62,002 nt of DNA from the NCBI GenBank assembly GCA_964393845.1, contig CAYMUX010000004.1, forward strand, positions 1-62,002. The letters are read 5' to 3'. Under the pieces are notes generated by a model. The model was not told the DNA's origin, made no database searches, and saw nothing but the letters and a program-made list of their open reading frames with translations. The stretch comes from an uncultured Nitrospiraceae bacterium (GTDB lineage Bacteria; Nitrospirota; Thermodesulfovibrionia; UBA6902). The position numbers were made by a program, and so were the translations under genes. Position 1 is the first letter of the stretch; every line of letters starts with the position of its first letter. Below are positions 8,264 through 21,344 of this stretch, piece after piece.

Positions 8264-9730
8264 TTAAATACTATATTTTTTCCTCAGACTGTAAACTGAA
8301 GGTCTGCTAATTCCCAGAACCCTCGCAACTTTTGAAATATTGTTATTGCAATGTCTTAGCGCTTCAATTAATTTCTGTTTCTCTATGGAATATCTGACCT
8401 CTCTCAGTGACGTCATTGTATCCATCTGCATAACCGGGATATTTAAATCCAAATCAACAGGTCCTATAGATGAGTCTTTTGACATTATTACAGCCCGTCT
8501 TACCCTGTTAATAATCTCCCTCACATTACCAGGCCATTCATAACTCTTGATAGCATCTACTGCTTCAGAAGTAAAAGTTTTGCTTAAGTTCATTTCTTTT
8601 GAATATTTGTTCAGGAAATATCTGGCAAGAATCACTTTATCTTCCTCCCTTTCCCTTACAGGGGGCAGATTTATATTAAATACATCCAATCTGTAAAAAA
8701 GGTCTTTTCTGAAAGATCCCTTTGCAATAGCTGATTTGAGGTCTTTATTCGTTGCTGCAATGAGCCTTACATCAACCTTTTTGCTTCCATTAGATCCAAT
8801 CTTCTCAACAATTTTGTCCTCAAGAAATCTCAGGAGTTTTGATTGCAAATTTGGGGAAAGCTCTCCAATTTCATCAAGAAAAATAGTTCCTCCATCCGCA
8901 TATTCAAATTTCCCAACTTTACTCGCATGCGCGCCAGTAAATGCACCTTTCTCATAACCAAAAAGCTCTGCCTCAAGGAGATTATCCGGAATAGCAGCAC
9001 AATTTATAGTTATAAAAGGCTTCCTTCTCCTTTGACTTCTCTCATGAATAGCCATTGCAGTTAATTCTTTACCGGTCCCGCTTTCACCAGTGATGAGGAC
9101 CGGAATATCAGTAGGTGCAACTCGTCTTATCATTGAAAAAACATTCAGTATTCCCTGACTCGAACCTACAAACTCTTCATTAATATCAAGGTTTTTGCCG
9201 ATTTTTAAAATCTGAACATCTACATAGTTCAAAATCTTATACAAATCTTCAATAGAAAATAAACTGCTCTTTAAATCAAGTCGTTTAATAAAAGATTCCT
9301 TCTCATGTTCTACTATATAATCCTGAGAATAGAAATTAAGACTCCAGCCGCACTTGTCGCACTTTCTAAGTTTTTGAATATTTTCTTTGCCACAATACGG
9401 GCAAGAAATATCATCAGCCATATTTTCCTTGATATAATCCCAGAGTTTCAACTTGGCATCTCTGTTTAAGTTATAAAACCTGGCAGCAAAACCGTCACTT
9501 TCAGAACGTGTTACCTCACCCAAAATCTCAAATTCTCCATGCTTTGGCAAGTCATATCTTAAACCAAAAACTTTATTTTCATTATGAGGCTGCTTAAAAT
9601 TAATAAATCCGCCACTGAGGCTAAGGGAGGTAAACTTCGATCTTGTTTCTGTTACACTCTTTCCACCATTATTGTTTGCAATAATATAGACAGGCAAATC
9701 GACTTTACACCTGATATCTAAGCGTGACAT
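8264..9730 (-). CDS. sigma-54-dependent transcriptional activator with N-terminal PilZ-like domain and zinc ribbon
   Basis: It has RLDIR (RxxxR) plus SLSLSG (D/NxSxxG-like), CPYCG...CDKCG, GESGTGKE Walker A, the GAFTGA motif and a C-terminal Fis-type HTH. Confidence 0.9.
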   Translation of the reverse strand: MSRLDIRCKVDLPVYIIANNNGGKSVTETRSKFTSLSLSGGFINFKQPHNENKVFGLRYDLPKHGEFEILGEVTRSESDGFAARFYNLNRDAKLKLWDYIKENMADDISCPYCGKENIQKLRKCDKCGWSLNFYSQDYIVEHEKESFIKRLDLKSSLFSIEDLYKILNYVDVQILKIGKNLDINEEFVGSSQGILNVFSMIRRVAPTDIPVLITGESGTGKELTAMAIHERSQRRRKPFITINCAAIPDNLLEAELFGYEKGAFTGAHASKVGKFEYADGGTIFLDEIGELSPNLQSKLLRFLEDKIVEKIGSNGSKKVDVRLIAATNKDLKSAIAKGSFRKDLFYRLDVFNINLPPVREREEDKVILARYFLNKYSKEMNLSKTFTSEAVDAIKSYEWPGNVREIINRVRRAVIMSKDSSIGPVDLDLNIPVMQMDTMTSLREVRYSIEKQKLIEALRHCNNNISKVARVLGISRPSVYSLRKKYSI

Positions 9731-10152
9731 GATACTTCCTCCCTTTTTTTGACAATCAATGTAAGTTGATAATTAGTAAATGGTTAATTAGAAAAGCTTA
9801 GTTTAAAAATAACATATATAAAAACACTTGTCAAGAAATTTTACACAAACATTATATGCTATTCTATAAATTAATTTTTGAGGAAAAATGTGCTCAATAT
9901 AAATTGAGCAGTGCTGCGCATACGCTTTATATTCTATAAGTTAAAAAACCAGCGATTGCTACTAAGGACAGAAATTTAGGGGGAATTCCGGAATAATTGT
10001 TTATACGTTCTTTAAATCCAAATCACTGTTCATCTCAATGAGAACTATGTATGAGCACAGGAAAGCATTTCACGCATATAAATAATAATTCTCCTTTATA
10101 TTCGCATGAAAGTAATAAAACATTTTCACTTTGAATCCCGCAATTCAAACAC

Positions 10153-10371
10153 TTATGTTCCATTGTTTTTCTCCATAATTTTTTTAATTTCGCTTACCAA
10201 CTTCTCGGGATCCATATTATGCATCGTTGCTCCAAAAGCGATCGACTCTATATTTATCCCCGGACATGTAAAGCAACCATTACCAAAAAATTTTTCTATT
10301 ACTTGATCCGCTCCTGGAATCTCCTTAATAACATCTCCAATAATAGAGTCTTTTGTTATCTCGATTGTCAT
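10153..10371 (-). CDS. DUF1858 / hybrid-cluster-protein-associated redox disulfide-type small protein
   Basis: AGGAGGAG SD before the ATG at 10371. The product is MTIEITKDSIIGDVIKEIPGADQVIEKFFGNGCFTCPG... Confidence 0.7.
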   Translation of the reverse strand: MTIEITKDSIIGDVIKEIPGADQVIEKFFGNGCFTCPGINIESIAFGATMHNMDPEKLVSEIKKIMEKNNGT

Positions 10372-10497
10372 AGTTACTCTCCTCCTTTTTTTATTTAACC
10401 AATCTTTATATATCACTATTACATCTTAATCCGATATGTTCCCAAATCTCAGAAATCACGAACCTATTATTATACTAGAAGAAAAAACATATACATT

Positions 10498-10515
10498 CTA
10501 TGATTTGAATCATAA
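10498..10515. promoter_or_regulatory. CRP/FNR-type palindrome CTATGAT-N4-ATCATAA
   Basis: ctatgatttgaatcataa lies upstream of 10153..10371. A near-identical copy sits at 11293. Confidence 0.4.
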
Positions 10516-10535
10516 GGGAAAAAAGGGGGATGAAA

Positions 10536-10937
10536 TTATACAGACTTGATCGTTTTTAGGATGTTAACTGCAAACAAAACTATAGAAATTAATGATAGTA
10601 GCGCCGAGAGTATAAGTACAGATTCAAACAGAGAAGCGTCTCCTCTAGCAGTAAATGGCCAGCTTATCACCATGCCTATCAGTCCCGCATTTGCCAACCA
10701 GAACTGAACCTTCATAATCCGAGGGCTGTATATAAGTCTACCGCTAAATTTAGGCAATATATGGTATCCAACTCCATAAATCATCATAGACATAAAACCC
10801 ATAAGATTCAAATGAACATGAACAGGAATATAATAGCCTGATTCACCAGGCCATAGAAGCATTCCAAAACCAACTGCTACACCCAAGACAAAATAGATAA
10901 CACTCATCTTTAGATACAAGACAACTATGCGTTCCAT
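10536..10937 (-). CDS. small 4-TM membrane protein resembling a heme-copper oxidase subunit I fragment
   Basis: 133 aa. The HVHLNLMGF...GYHILPKF pattern recalls short proteins often annotated as cbb3-type oxidase subunit I-like. Confidence 0.45.
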   Translation of the reverse strand: MERIVVLYLKMSVIYFVLGVAVGFGMLLWPGESGYYIPVHVHLNLMGFMSMMIYGVGYHILPKFSGRLIYSPRIMKVQFWLANAGLIGMVISWPFTARGDASLFESVLILSALLSLISIVLFAVNILKTIKSV

Positions 10938-11012
10938 TTTTTACCTCTTACTCTTTTTAACCCGATAAATCAATTCAATTTTAAATTATTAATTGATCAC
11001 TAAGCAGATTAA

Positions 11013-11240
11013 CTAGCTGACCTGTTCAACAGATTTTATCTCGGGTATTTCTTTTTTAATTGTTTCTTCAATCGCATTTTTCAGAGTCATCGTGGACATG
11101 GGACATCCCGAACAAGCACCTGTGAGTCTTACTTTTACTACACCATCATCCTGAACATCAACAAGCACAACATCTCCACCATCTCGCTGAAGTAAAGGTC
11201 TTACTCTTCCCAATACTTCCTCAACTTTTTCTTTCAACAT
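11013..11240 (-). CDS. NifU-like (Nfu C-terminal domain) Fe-S scaffold protein
   Basis: 75 aa with the ...DGGDVVLVDV...VKVRLTGACSGCPMSTMTLK... signature. Confidence 0.85.
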   Translation of the reverse strand: MLKEKVEEVLGRVRPLLQRDGGDVVLVDVQDDGVVKVRLTGACSGCPMSTMTLKNAIEETIKKEIPEIKSVEQVS

Positions 11241-11292
11241 ATTGCCTCCTTAATTATTTTTGATAATATTATAACTTATATAAGATATTATT

Positions 11293-11310
11293 CTATGATC
11301 TTCATCATAA
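11293..11310. promoter_or_regulatory. CRP/FNR-type palindrome CTATGAT-N4-ATCATAA
   Basis: ctatgatcttcatcataa lies in the divergent region between the NifU-like gene and glyQ. Confidence 0.4.
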
Positions 11311-11430
11311 AGTAGCTGAGAGCTGAAAGCTGTTTGCTTTTTCCAATTTGACAAACCCATATGCTTCTTTATAAGATTTATTCTCATAAATAAAGAATCT
11401 TTCAACTATCCTCAGGGAAAGAATAAAAAA

Positions 11431-12300
11431 TTGTACTTACAAGATTTAATCTTAAAACTCCATAATTTCTGGATTGAGAAGGGATGCGTTATACATCAGC
11501 CTTACGATATTGAGGTAGGCGCAGGGACCTTCAATCCGGCAACATTTTTCAGGGTACTGGGACCAGAACCATGGAAGACTGCATACGTTGAACCATCAAG
11601 AAGACCCACTGACGGCAGGTACGGAGAAAACCCGAACAGGCTTCAGCATTATTACCAATATCAGGTCATACTGAAACCCTCTCCTTCCAATACACAGGAC
11701 CTTTATCTCCAAAGTCTGACAGCTATAAACATCGACCTGCTCAAGCATGATATAAGGTTTGTAGAAGACGATTGGGAATCCCCCACTCTCGGAGCATGGG
11801 GACTTGGCTGGGAAATATGGCTTGACAGTATGGAAGTAACCCAGTTCACCTATTTCCAGCAGGTAGGCGGCATAGAGTTAAAGCCGGTATCAGTAGAATT
11901 GACGTACGGTCTTGAACGGATTGCCATGTATCTTCAGGAAGTCGACAATGTCTATGATCTTAAGTGGAACAAAGAGATAACATATGGTGACATTCACCAT
12001 GAAACAGAAGTTCAGTTTTCCAAATACAATTTTGATACAGCTAATACGGACCTGTTATTCAGTCTGTTCGAAAAATACGAGGCAGAGGCATTAAGCCTGA
12101 TTAAACAAAATCTTGTTCTGCCCGCATATGATTACTGTCTTAAATGTTCTCACAGCTTTAATTTACTTGATGCACGCGGAGCCATAAGCGTTACAGAGAG
12201 GACAGCTTATATAGCAAAAGTAAGAAACCTTGCCAGAAAATGCGCACAGGGCTATCTCAAGCTGAGAGAGGAAATGGGATTTCCGTTACTAAAAAAATAA
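11431..12300 (+). CDS. glyQ: glycine--tRNA ligase alpha subunit
   Basis: 289 aa with a TTG start. [12 protein letters not shown]...[26 protein letters not shown] is unmistakable GlyQ sequence. Confidence 0.97.
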   Translation: MYLQDLILKLHNFWIEKGCVIHQPYDIEVGAGTFNPATFFRVLGPEPWKTAYVEPSRRPTDGRYGENPNRLQHYYQYQVILKPSPSNTQDLYLQSLTAINIDLLKHDIRFVEDDWESPTLGAWGLGWEIWLDSMEVTQFTYFQQVGGIELKPVSVELTYGLERIAMYLQEVDNVYDLKWNKEITYGDIHHETEVQFSKYNFDTANTDLLFSLFEKYEAEALSLIKQNLVLPAYDYCLKCSHSFNLLDARGAISVTERTAYIAKVRNLARKCAQGYLKLREEMGFPLLKK

Positions 12301-12368
12301 ATAGTTCCAGCCGTTCCAGCCGCTTGAACTGTTCGAGCGATTGGAACGAATTAAATACGGATTAAATA

Positions 12369-14405
12369 ATGAAACCTTTACTAATTGAAATAGGATCTGA
12401 AGAAATACCGGCCAGGTTTATTTCCAGAGGCCTTACGTTACTGAAAGAAGATCTCATTCTGTTACTGGAAAAGTCTTCTATTAAATTCGGCGCCATATCT
12501 GAATACTCGACACCAAGAAGAGTGACATTGCTTGTTGACAGTGTTGCCGAACAACAGGATGACAGAGAAATAGAGTCTCTTGGACCTCCGAAGAAGGCTG
12601 CTTATGACGCTGACGGCAATCCAACCAAAGCCGCTTCAGGCTTTGCAAGGTCGCTGAATATTGATGTAACGGATCTTGTAATAAAAAAAACAGAACGCGG
12701 CGAATATGTCTCAGCTACGGTTGAAGAAAAAGGCAAACCGACAGCGGATGTCCTTTCAGAGTTTTTGCCGAAACTGATCTCATCACTTCAGCTTCCCAGG
12801 TCGATGAGATGGGGTGACGGCTCTTTGAAGTATTTCAGGCCCATTAAGTGGATACTTGCAATGCTGGGCAATCAAGTGATCCCCTTTGCGCTGGATTCAA
12901 TGAGAAGCAGTAACATTTCATACGGCCACAGATTCCTGTCTCCGGCCGCTATCAAAATTAATGACCCTTCTTCATATTTACCTTCCCTTAAACAGAATCA
13001 TGTGTTTGCCGACTATTATGAAAGAAGAAATAGAATCTCGGAAGGTATACGTAAAATAGAAGCAGCGGCAAATTGCAAAGTCCATGAAGATGCGGAACTT
13101 CTGGACATCGTCACAAATCTTGTTGAGTACCCTACCGCTGTTCTGGGGAGCTTCGAAGACAAATATCTGTCCCTCCCTAAAGAGCTCTTGATAACGGTGA
13201 TGAAAACTCATCAGAAATATTTTTCCATGGAAGACAGGGAAGGCAACATGAGGTCTTCCTTTATCGTAATCAGCAACATGAACAGCGCTGTTAATGATAC
13301 GGTAAAAAGAGGCGCAGAGCGTGTACTCAGGGCCAGACTTGAGGATGCAAGGTTTTATTATATTGAAGACCGGAAGAAGGCTTTTTGGGATTATGTAGAA
13401 GAATTAAAAAAAGTAACCTTTCAGGAAAAACTCGGGAACTTATATGGAAAAGCGAAAAGAATATCTTCCCTTTCTTCGTTTATCACTGAGCTGATTAATC
13501 CGGATTTAAAAGAAAAGATTCAGAGGGCTTCCATGCTGTGTAAAGCAGATATAGTAACAGGGGTAGTTGGAGAGTTCCCCGAACTGCAGGGCTATATGGG
13601 AATGACCTATGCGCAAATTTCGGGAGAAGACAAGGACATTGCATCTGCAATATATGAACATTACCTGCCCAGGTTTACAGGGGACTCGCTGCCTTCCGGC
13701 GAAATCGGCACAATAGTCTCTATTGCTGATAAAATGGACAACATTGCATCCTTCTTTTATCTCGACATGATTCCGTCAGGGTCTGAAGATCCTTTTGCAT
13801 TGAGGAGGCAGGCTGCGGGAATAATTAACATTTTACAAAGTAATGCTTACACTGTTTCTATCAATTCACTTATAGCCTCATCCCTTAAAAGCCTGGAGAC
13901 TTCAGAAGAAAACAGGGCGAAGCTGACAGACAGGGTCCTACAGTTTTTTACTCAGAGGCTTGAAGGTATGTTACTGTCTCAGGGGCACAGTTATGATATT
14001 ATCAATGCCGTACTTTCAGTGTCTGAGTTGAATTTCACTGATATTAACCTAAGAATTAAGTCTTTATCGGCAATGAAAAAAGAACCGGCGTTTCCTGCCC
14101 TGCTTACAGCGGCAAAGAGAGTTTATAATATCCTTGGTAAAATTCAACCGCACGATGTAAATGAAAGTTTATTGTCAGAGCCTTCAGAGAAGGATTTGTT
14201 CAGCGCTGTAGAAAAAATCAAAAATAAACTGACTACAGGGGATTTCATGGTTTTATATAAACTTGAAGGGCCTATAAATTTATTCTTTAACAGTGTCCTC
14301 GTTATGGATAAAAATCCGCAAATAAAAGATAACAGGCTTGCTTTACTCCTGTCCGTTAAAAAATCCTTTGATTCACTTGGAGATTTTTCGAAGATAGTCG
14401 AATGA
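12369..14405 (+). CDS. glyS: glycine--tRNA ligase beta subunit
   Basis: 678 aa immediately after glyQ. The MKPLLIEIGSEEIPARF N-terminus and the length are typical of GlyS. Confidence 0.97.
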   Translation: MKPLLIEIGSEEIPARFISRGLTLLKEDLILLLEKSSIKFGAISEYSTPRRVTLLVDSVAEQQDDREIESLGPPKKAAYDADGNPTKAASGFARSLNIDVTDLVIKKTERGEYVSATVEEKGKPTADVLSEFLPKLISSLQLPRSMRWGDGSLKYFRPIKWILAMLGNQVIPFALDSMRSSNISYGHRFLSPAAIKINDPSSYLPSLKQNHVFADYYERRNRISEGIRKIEAAANCKVHEDAELLDIVTNLVEYPTAVLGSFEDKYLSLPKELLITVMKTHQKYFSMEDREGNMRSSFIVISNMNSAVNDTVKRGAERVLRARLEDARFYYIEDRKKAFWDYVEELKKVTFQEKLGNLYGKAKRISSLSSFITELINPDLKEKIQRASMLCKADIVTGVVGEFPELQGYMGMTYAQISGEDKDIASAIYEHYLPRFTGDSLPSGEIGTIVSIADKMDNIASFFYLDMIPSGSEDPFALRRQAAGIINILQSNAYTVSINSLIASSLKSLETSEENRAKLTDRVLQFFTQRLEGMLLSQGHSYDIINAVLSVSELNFTDINLRIKSLSAMKKEPAFPALLTAAKRVYNILGKIQPHDVNESLLSEPSEKDLFSAVEKIKNKLTTGDFMVLYKLEGPINLFFNSVLVMDKNPQIKDNRLALLLSVKKSFDSLGDFSKIVE

Positions 14406-14416
14406 ATCAGTCCCGG

Positions 14417-17320
14417 TTAACTCTTAAACTGGGTGCGGGTTAAGAAAGTAATTATATCTATTCGGCCTTTTCCTAATAAAGCCTCCATATCTTTAATATT
14501 TAGAGGTTTCGAAAATAAATATCCCTGCATATATTCGCATTCCAGAGCTCTAAGATGAGCAAGTTGATGCTCTGTTTCCACCCCTTCCGCAATTACTTCC
14601 ATGTTTAAACTATGCGCCAGGGTTGTTATTGCCCTGATAATCTCCAGGTTATCTTCATTCTCGCCAATCCTTTTCACAAAAGAACGATCAATTTTCAGGA
14701 CATCAACCGGAAATTGGTGTAAATAACTCAGTGATGAATACCCGGTACCGAAATCGTCAATATGAATTTTTACATTCATATCTCTCAATTGCATTAACAT
14801 AGGAGAGACCAGTTTTGCATTTTCCATGATCATGCTTTCGGTAATCTCAAGCACTAAACATTCCGGTTTAAGACCGGTATCCTGAAGAACCTGTTTTATC
14901 TGATTAATCAGTTTGGGTAATAATTGCCTGCTTGATATATTAACACTGACGGACAAAGGCGAAACCGAAGGGAACTGCTTCTGCCACATACTCAGTTGAC
15001 TGCATGCTTCACGAAGCACCCATTCTCCAATCTCAATAATCAACCCCGTCTCTTCAGCGGTCGGAATAAACTCAAGTGGAGGTATAAATCCCTGAGTCGG
15101 ATGCTGCCACCTTATAAGAGCTTCTATACAGGCAATTCTCCCATCCTGCATAGATATTATCGGCTGATAGTGAAGGCAAAACTCATTCTGCTTAACTGCC
15201 TGCCGCAGGTTGTTCTCCATTTTCAAACGGGCAACTGCAGTAGCATACATCCCCGAATCAAACACCTTAAATTTGGCGTTGCCGCTATTTGATTTGGCAT
15301 GGTACATTGCAATGTCGGCATTGCGTAAGAGGTTTTCCGGATGTTCATATCCAGTTGTGCTATAAGCAATACCTATACTTGCTGAAGTAAACACCTCCTG
15401 GCCGTTTAGATTGAACGACAATGCAAATTTTTCCTGTATTCTCTCGGCAATAAATATTGCCTCTCTCCTGCTTGCTACGTCTTCAAGCAAGATTGCGAAC
15501 TCGTCTCCCCCGAACCGTGCGACTGTATCACCCGGGCGAAGACTATCTTCAAGTCTTTTGCTGACGGCAACAAGCAGTTCATCGCCGGTCGTATGTCCCA
15601 TACTATCATTAAGAACCTTGAAACGGTCCATGTCCAGGAAAAGTACGGCAAACATGTATTGACTACTGCTCCTCTTTTCCCTGTCAACTGCATGTCCAAG
15701 TCGGTCCATAAAAAGCGCCCTGTTAGGAAGACCTGTCAGAGAATCATGCAACGCGTCAAAAATAAGCTGCTCTTCAGCCATTTTACGTTCTGTTATGTCT
15801 GTCATCGAGCCTACCATTCGGTGGGCTTTCTCTGTTACATCACAAACAGAAAGCCCGCGACTGAGCATCCAGCGGTATGCTCCATCTTTGTGCAGCATAC
15901 GATGCTCGCTTTTGAAACTTGGGGCATGGCCCTCGATATGTTCTTTTATTTCCATCTCTACCTGTAGACGCTCATCCGGATGAACCCGTTCTAGCCACTC
16001 TTCAGAACTGTTTTTAATTTCACTCTCCTCAAAACCAAGCAGCGACTTCCATCGGGGAGAATAAAATACGACATTAGATTTCAGATCCCAGTCCCACAGG
16101 CCGTCGTTTGCGCCGCGGGCAGCCAATGCATAACGCTCCTCGCTCTTCTTAAGTCCTTCCTCAGCTTTTTTGCGGTCGGTGATGTCCCTCGTATATTCGA
16201 TAATATAAGTTACGTCTCCTTTTTCATTAAAAATAGGATAAGTATAAATCTCCGACCACAAGGGCGAGCCGTCTTTATATATTACACGCTTATCTTTCGC
16301 ACATGGGTCCTTGGATTTGAAAGTCGTTGCTATTATGCAGTCTTCACAAACCGTACTTCTGCCATGTATCACTTCATAACATTTTTTGCCGACAAGCCCA
16401 TCCGCCCCTTTATTCTTTATATCTGCATACGCCTCGTTAATCTTTATTATTCTGTATTCATTGTCAAATATGCAGAAAGGATCACGTATACTGTCAAATA
16501 TTGTACTGAGAAATTTTTCGGACTTGACAAGCGCCTCTTCTGCCACCGTGCGCTCTGCAACTTCTTCACTGATTTTTTCATATCCATCTTTAATAGCAAT
16601 ACTCATAGTATTGAAATGCTGTGCAAGTTCTCCAAACTCTGTTCTGTCTCTGTAAGTAATTGTAGATCCGAGTTTCCCTGATGAAATCATCCTTGTTGCA
16701 TTTAAAAGCTCTTTTACAGGGCGTGTGACAGACCTTGTTAAAATTACCGCAACAATAATACCCAGGAAGGAAGTCAATAAAACAGTCCCGATAAGTATCA
16801 TCTTTACATTATTTATCTCCTGCATGGCGCTTTCTCTATCCGAGTCAAGGAAGAGGCTTGCTTTATGCGACATATCTTCAGTCATTCCCAGAAGTCTGTT
16901 GCCGATATTCACGGCATCGTTTCTCAGCTTTTCAATTCTTTCTGAACCGGCGCTTGACGTTATGTAGTAACTCAAACTGTCTTCATAATCTTTTATAAGT
17001 GACTGGATACCTGTTATTCGTTCGGACAATCGCGGAGAATGATGGCAGGAAGTACACTTTTTTGCCGATTCCTCAAGTTTTGATACATTAGTTACAATGG
17101 AATCAAGCTCACTGGAATAAGGAGTATTGATTGCATAAAGGTTGGATTGGACCGTTTGAATATTTATAACAAGAGAACGCCTGACCTGTTCCACATCCTG
17201 AAGTTCGATAATATTTTTCAACTTCGTCGTGGTATTAGTTATGTAAAGCATAGCGATAGCAGCGCCAATAATAAAAAACACGAAAATCGCCAGTAGAGAT
17301 GAAATGATTTTCCGCTTCAT
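14417..17320 (-). CDS. membrane sensor: HAMP - PAS x2 - GGDEF - EAL
   Basis: 967 aa with two TM segments around a roughly 150-aa outer domain that contains CTSCH. It also has HAMP, PAS with Cys cluster, GGDEF (RFGGDEF) and EAL (EALIRW...DDFGTGYSS). Confidence 0.9.
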   Translation of the reverse strand: MKRKIISSLLAIFVFFIIGAAIAMLYITNTTTKLKNIIELQDVEQVRRSLVINIQTVQSNLYAINTPYSSELDSIVTNVSKLEESAKKCTSCHHSPRLSERITGIQSLIKDYEDSLSYYITSSAGSERIEKLRNDAVNIGNRLLGMTEDMSHKASLFLDSDRESAMQEINNVKMILIGTVLLTSFLGIIVAVILTRSVTRPVKELLNATRMISSGKLGSTITYRDRTEFGELAQHFNTMSIAIKDGYEKISEEVAERTVAEEALVKSEKFLSTIFDSIRDPFCIFDNEYRIIKINEAYADIKNKGADGLVGKKCYEVIHGRSTVCEDCIIATTFKSKDPCAKDKRVIYKDGSPLWSEIYTYPIFNEKGDVTYIIEYTRDITDRKKAEEGLKKSEERYALAARGANDGLWDWDLKSNVVFYSPRWKSLLGFEESEIKNSSEEWLERVHPDERLQVEMEIKEHIEGHAPSFKSEHRMLHKDGAYRWMLSRGLSVCDVTEKAHRMVGSMTDITERKMAEEQLIFDALHDSLTGLPNRALFMDRLGHAVDREKRSSSQYMFAVLFLDMDRFKVLNDSMGHTTGDELLVAVSKRLEDSLRPGDTVARFGGDEFAILLEDVASRREAIFIAERIQEKFALSFNLNGQEVFTSASIGIAYSTTGYEHPENLLRNADIAMYHAKSNSGNAKFKVFDSGMYATAVARLKMENNLRQAVKQNEFCLHYQPIISMQDGRIACIEALIRWQHPTQGFIPPLEFIPTAEETGLIIEIGEWVLREACSQLSMWQKQFPSVSPLSVSVNISSRQLLPKLINQIKQVLQDTGLKPECLVLEITESMIMENAKLVSPMLMQLRDMNVKIHIDDFGTGYSSLSYLHQFPVDVLKIDRSFVKRIGENEDNLEIIRAITTLAHSLNMEVIAEGVETEHQLAHLRALECEYMQGYLFSKPLNIKDMEALLGKGRIDIITFLTRTQFKS

Positions 17321-17333
17321 TTAAACAACATCC

Positions 17334-18203
17334 TTATTCATTCTTGTAGTTATAATTCTTCAGGTCTATCCCGGCTTTTCTTGCAAGATCGAACACAGGA
17401 GCATAATCATTTTCCGTTGTTTCTATAAACTTAATCGCTCCGAATTCTTTAAGGACTTCTTTACCTTCCTGATCACCATCCATTTCAAGAAGGACCTTTT
17501 TTAATTTCTGCTTTATATCGGCAGCAATGTTTTTTCTCATGGCAAGTCCGTTAGAAGGCACGGCCGGTGACGTTGCAAGGATTACCAAATCTTCTTTCAC
17601 GCGGGGATCCTCACGCGCAAGCATGTCAAATATTGTATTTTTGGCACAGCCGATTTCCGCTTCTTTATTCAAGACCGCATATATAGCTGAGTCATGGCTG
17701 CCGGTGAAATAGTATTCTTTGAAAAAAGATTTGATGTCTGTTACTCCGTGCTCCCTCAAATAAGCCACAGGGAAAACATATCCGGCTGTTGTAGCCTTAT
17801 CTACAAAAGCAATAACTGAATGTCTCATACGGTCAACACTGTCTATCACGCTGTATTTATGCACGAATATATAACCTTTGTATGTTGAATTACCGTCCGG
17901 ATTCACAGGTCTGGCAATAGGCACAATACCCAGCTCCTTTATTGCCAATGCCCCTGTAAAACTTCCCCAGAAAGCGCCGTCCATATTCTTCTTTTCAAAA
18001 CTCTCAATGATATTGCCATACCTTGGAAGGACCGTGAACTTCATTTTTATATCTGTTTTTTTCTCTATATAATCACCTAAGGGTTTATATTTTTTCATTT
18101 GCTTAAATACGTTTTGCTCCGGAATAAGTCCGATAGTCAACTCAGTTCCGTATGAAACACCGGAAAGAATTAAAAAAACCAGAAAAGAAATAATAAGCCG
18201 CAT
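17334..18203 (-). CDS. PhnD-like periplasmic substrate-binding protein
   Basis: 289 aa with a signal peptide. The LTIGLIPEQN...TAGYVFP... pattern fits phosphonate-type SBPs. Its stop lies 14 nt upstream of the start of the GGDEF/EAL gene. Confidence 0.8.
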   Translation of the reverse strand: MRLIISFLVFLILSGVSYGTELTIGLIPEQNVFKQMKKYKPLGDYIEKKTDIKMKFTVLPRYGNIIESFEKKNMDGAFWGSFTGALAIKELGIVPIARPVNPDGNSTYKGYIFVHKYSVIDSVDRMRHSVIAFVDKATTAGYVFPVAYLREHGVTDIKSFFKEYYFTGSHDSAIYAVLNKEAEIGCAKNTIFDMLAREDPRVKEDLVILATSPAVPSNGLAMRKNIAADIKQKLKKVLLEMDGDQEGKEVLKEFGAIKFIETTENDYAPVFDLARKAGIDLKNYNYKNE

Positions 18204-18518
18204 CTCATCCCTCCTTACTTAAAAACTCATTTTTTACTATAGTTATCGGCATAACTATTAAAAACATTTAATAAAAACCCATCAGAAGGGCAGATAAATT
18301 TAGTTCCGCAAATTCCGACCGCCCTACCCTGAAATGACGGGCAATTTCAGGAATAGTGATACTTATATTAGTCTTACCTAAATTGAGCGATTCTCTAATG
18401 AAGAAGCGGTCAATTTAGGTCAAAATTATTTTGTGTTTGAATTTAGCTTATAATATTTTGTAAAATAGCACTCTTTCTGAATTATTTATAATTTTAAATC
18501 TAATACTGGAGGATCAAA

Positions 18519-21299
<2,781 letters not shown>

Positions 21300-21303
21300 T
21301 TAA

Positions 21304-21343
21304 TTATAAACCTCTCAGTTATTAATAACTGAGAGGTTTATAA
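21304..21343 (+). terminator. 40-bp perfect palindrome after ppdK (terminator-like hairpin, no clear U tract)
   Basis: ttataaacctctcagttatt/aataactgagaggtttataa pairs perfectly, checked base by base. Confidence 0.5.
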
Positions 21344-21344
21344 A

